Positions 62,068-64,000 of a stretch of 64,000 bases of DNA are shown here, piece by piece (the stretch's first letter is position 1; every line of letters starts with the position of its first letter). The notes below the pieces were generated by a model that searched no databases, was not told where the DNA came from, and saw only the letters and a list, made by a program, of their open reading frames with translations. This stretch comes from Chiloscyllium plagiosum (lineage: Eukaryota). The position numbers and the translations under genes were made by a program. The DNA is taken from positions 92,206,044 to 92,270,043 of the forward strand of contig NC_057718.1 in assembly GCF_004010195.1 (NCBI RefSeq). The letters are read 5' to 3'.

Positions 62068-62355
62068 TGGTGACTCAGTCGTTAGCACTGCTACCACACA
62101 TCGTCAGGGACCTGGATTCGATTCCAACCTTGGGCAACTGTCTGTGTGGAATTTGCACATTCTCCCGGTGTCTGCATGAATTTCCTCCCACAGTCCAGAT
62201 ATATGCCGGTTAGGTGGATTGGCCATGATAAATTGCCCATAGTATCCAGGGATGGGTAAGTTAGCCATGGGAAATACGGGTTACAGGGTTAAGGTGGGTT
62301 TGGGTGGGATGCTGTTCAGAGTGGCCTGCTAGCACACTGTAGGGATTCTATGATC
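62068..62355 (+). mobile_element. HE1-type V-SINE
   Basis: gtgactcagtcgttagcac, gattcgattcc, V core, tail gtagggattctatga. Confidence 0.9.
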
Positions 62356-63654
62356 TGTGACTCAGAGGTCTGGGATCCCATTTAGCGATGGAACGTACAC
62401 CACATATATGACCAGCTTACACCAGTAATTTCTTCACTCTTCTGTTGGCAGTTACTCATGCCTAACTGTTTTCTGTCCCAACGATTGTATATTGCACATA
62501 AGTTTATACTTTGTCCAGATGAAATGTACAAAAACCTGCACAGTGCTACCAGTTCACCTAGAACAACATTCAGAAGGCAACAGAGTTGCATTGACAGGTT
62601 CAGGGAATACTTGTTTACTACATTGTTACACTTATTTACTTGCTATGTTCAATAGTTGATCAGGACACTGTAGTTTCACATGAGTGCACTCACTGCAAAG
62701 GGTCTTGACAGTCACCTCACTTCATTCAGAGATTGAATGCACCATACTCTTCAAATTGTCCTTTCTTACTGTCCACCTATTAATCATGGTACATACTGTT
62801 TTTAGAAGCATTTCACTAACTTGCAAAATTGCTTCCAAGCATCATCTTTTCCCAGATATTCTCTGTGAATAATGCTGTTCTGACAAATGTTTGACTTCAC
62901 ATTGCATCACTCTTACTGATCTACTTTTCTTTCTGAGCATAACAATAAGGTCTGTCCAATGTATACATCACCATCTTCTGTGAGTCAAGGTCACTGTTAA
63001 CATAAAATTGCTTGATTGCTGTCATACGAGAGACATGCTCGCAATGCAGTCAAGGTTAAAAACTCCTGCAAAGACAGTCTTGCAAACAACTTAAGTCTCT
63101 GGTCAAAACATAATGTTCAAAAGTAACATTTTTCTGTACTGAAATGTTTGTACTTTAATCTATTATGTAAATATGATTTGGACAATGCATCCAAGAACTG
63201 TTTCTGCTGAAGTTAAATGTACCCCACAAATTCAAAGATGTAATCTTTGCTGCACCAGCTCTCAGTAATTGCTGTGTACTTCACCATGTGAAAATGAACA
63301 TCTTGCATGAAAAGCCATGAAGCATTCACTTTTACCACAAGTGTTATATTGTCAATGAGAATGTTCACTATACCGCAATTAGGCTTTTTGTGCTCTGCAT
63401 GCTGTACCTCATCACACAATCTCCTGGTGTTTTGAAAACCATTCATAACATGTCTTCTTTGTTTTGGTTTTTTAAAGTTGTAGCAGCATCAGTCAGCACC
63501 TTTTGGCCCAAATGCTGCTAAAGGAAGTCTAGGTTCCCATGGTGTCACTTTTTTGCAGCGCTGAACTCATCTCCCACGTTTGATTTAGAGCAAATAGTGT
63601 GCGGGACATCATCATTTCCATGATAAATGAAAATCTTGCCAATTTCTGCTTCTG

Positions 63655-64000
63655 GGGTGAAGATGCAAAATAACTGTTCAATTCATCTGCCATCTCCTTC
63701 TTTCCATTATTAATACCCAAAGGTCACTTTCGATAGAACCAATGCTTATGTTGTTCACTTTTCTTCTTTAAACAACTTGACAAATTCTTACAATTTGTTT
63801 TTATGTTTCCAGCCAGCTTTCTCTTGTATTCTAATATTTCCCTTCCTGTTAATCTGAATTTAATTCGTTATATTTTGAATATACTTTATCCAATCTTCAG
63901 ACATGTATCTTTCTGCAATTATTTGTTTTCCTTTAAATTTAATACTAGCTTTAACTTTGTTTTAGTTAACTGCAGATGGTGGCTCCTCCATTTCACAAGC
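63655..64000 (-). mobile_element. CR1 ORF2 fragment running off the window
   Basis: Minus INNGKKEMADELNSYFAS, homologous to 59625-59690 (IMRQQEIADELNKYV). Confidence 0.8.

Noticed and set aside
1..64000. CRISPR arrays, operons, rRNA genes
   Set aside because: This is vertebrate repeat-rich DNA with no regularly spaced direct repeats and no rRNA-like sequence seen.

Overview
This is eukaryotic, AT-rich, CpG-depleted DNA from a cartilaginous fish. The V-domain HE1-type SINEs and HER1/CR1-type LINEs point to an elasmobranch, probably a shark. I recognise no intact protein-coding gene; the long ORFs I can place are decayed retroelement fragments or span the N gap at 57528-58105. The repeat content includes CR1 LINEs, a second CR1/L2-group LINE, a Rex1/Babar fragment, three SINE superfamilies (V, Deu and Meta-like), several Penelope-like element (PLE) families, a Gypsy pol remnant with its LTR, and a solo LTR. 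Many are nested with readable target-site duplications. The unique sequence looks like the intronic or 5' region of a large regulated gene: a CpG-retaining patch at about 2.1-3.4 kb, candidate + strand short exons (5537-5729, 15484-15518, 22495-22529) and several blocks resembling conserved non-coding elements. Highlights are: (1) more than ten minimal hammerhead-ribozyme motifs from three PLE families, many in short TSD-flanked units or inverted pairs; (2) a Gypsy element whose pol ends after RNase H (Gmr1-like order); (3) a perfect 62-bp palindrome and a templated 34-nt junction insert, both signs of template switching; (4) a chain of micro-exons that splices into an open frame. Family names come from my recall of consensus motifs, not from a database search, and repeat boundaries are approximate unless a TSD is given.
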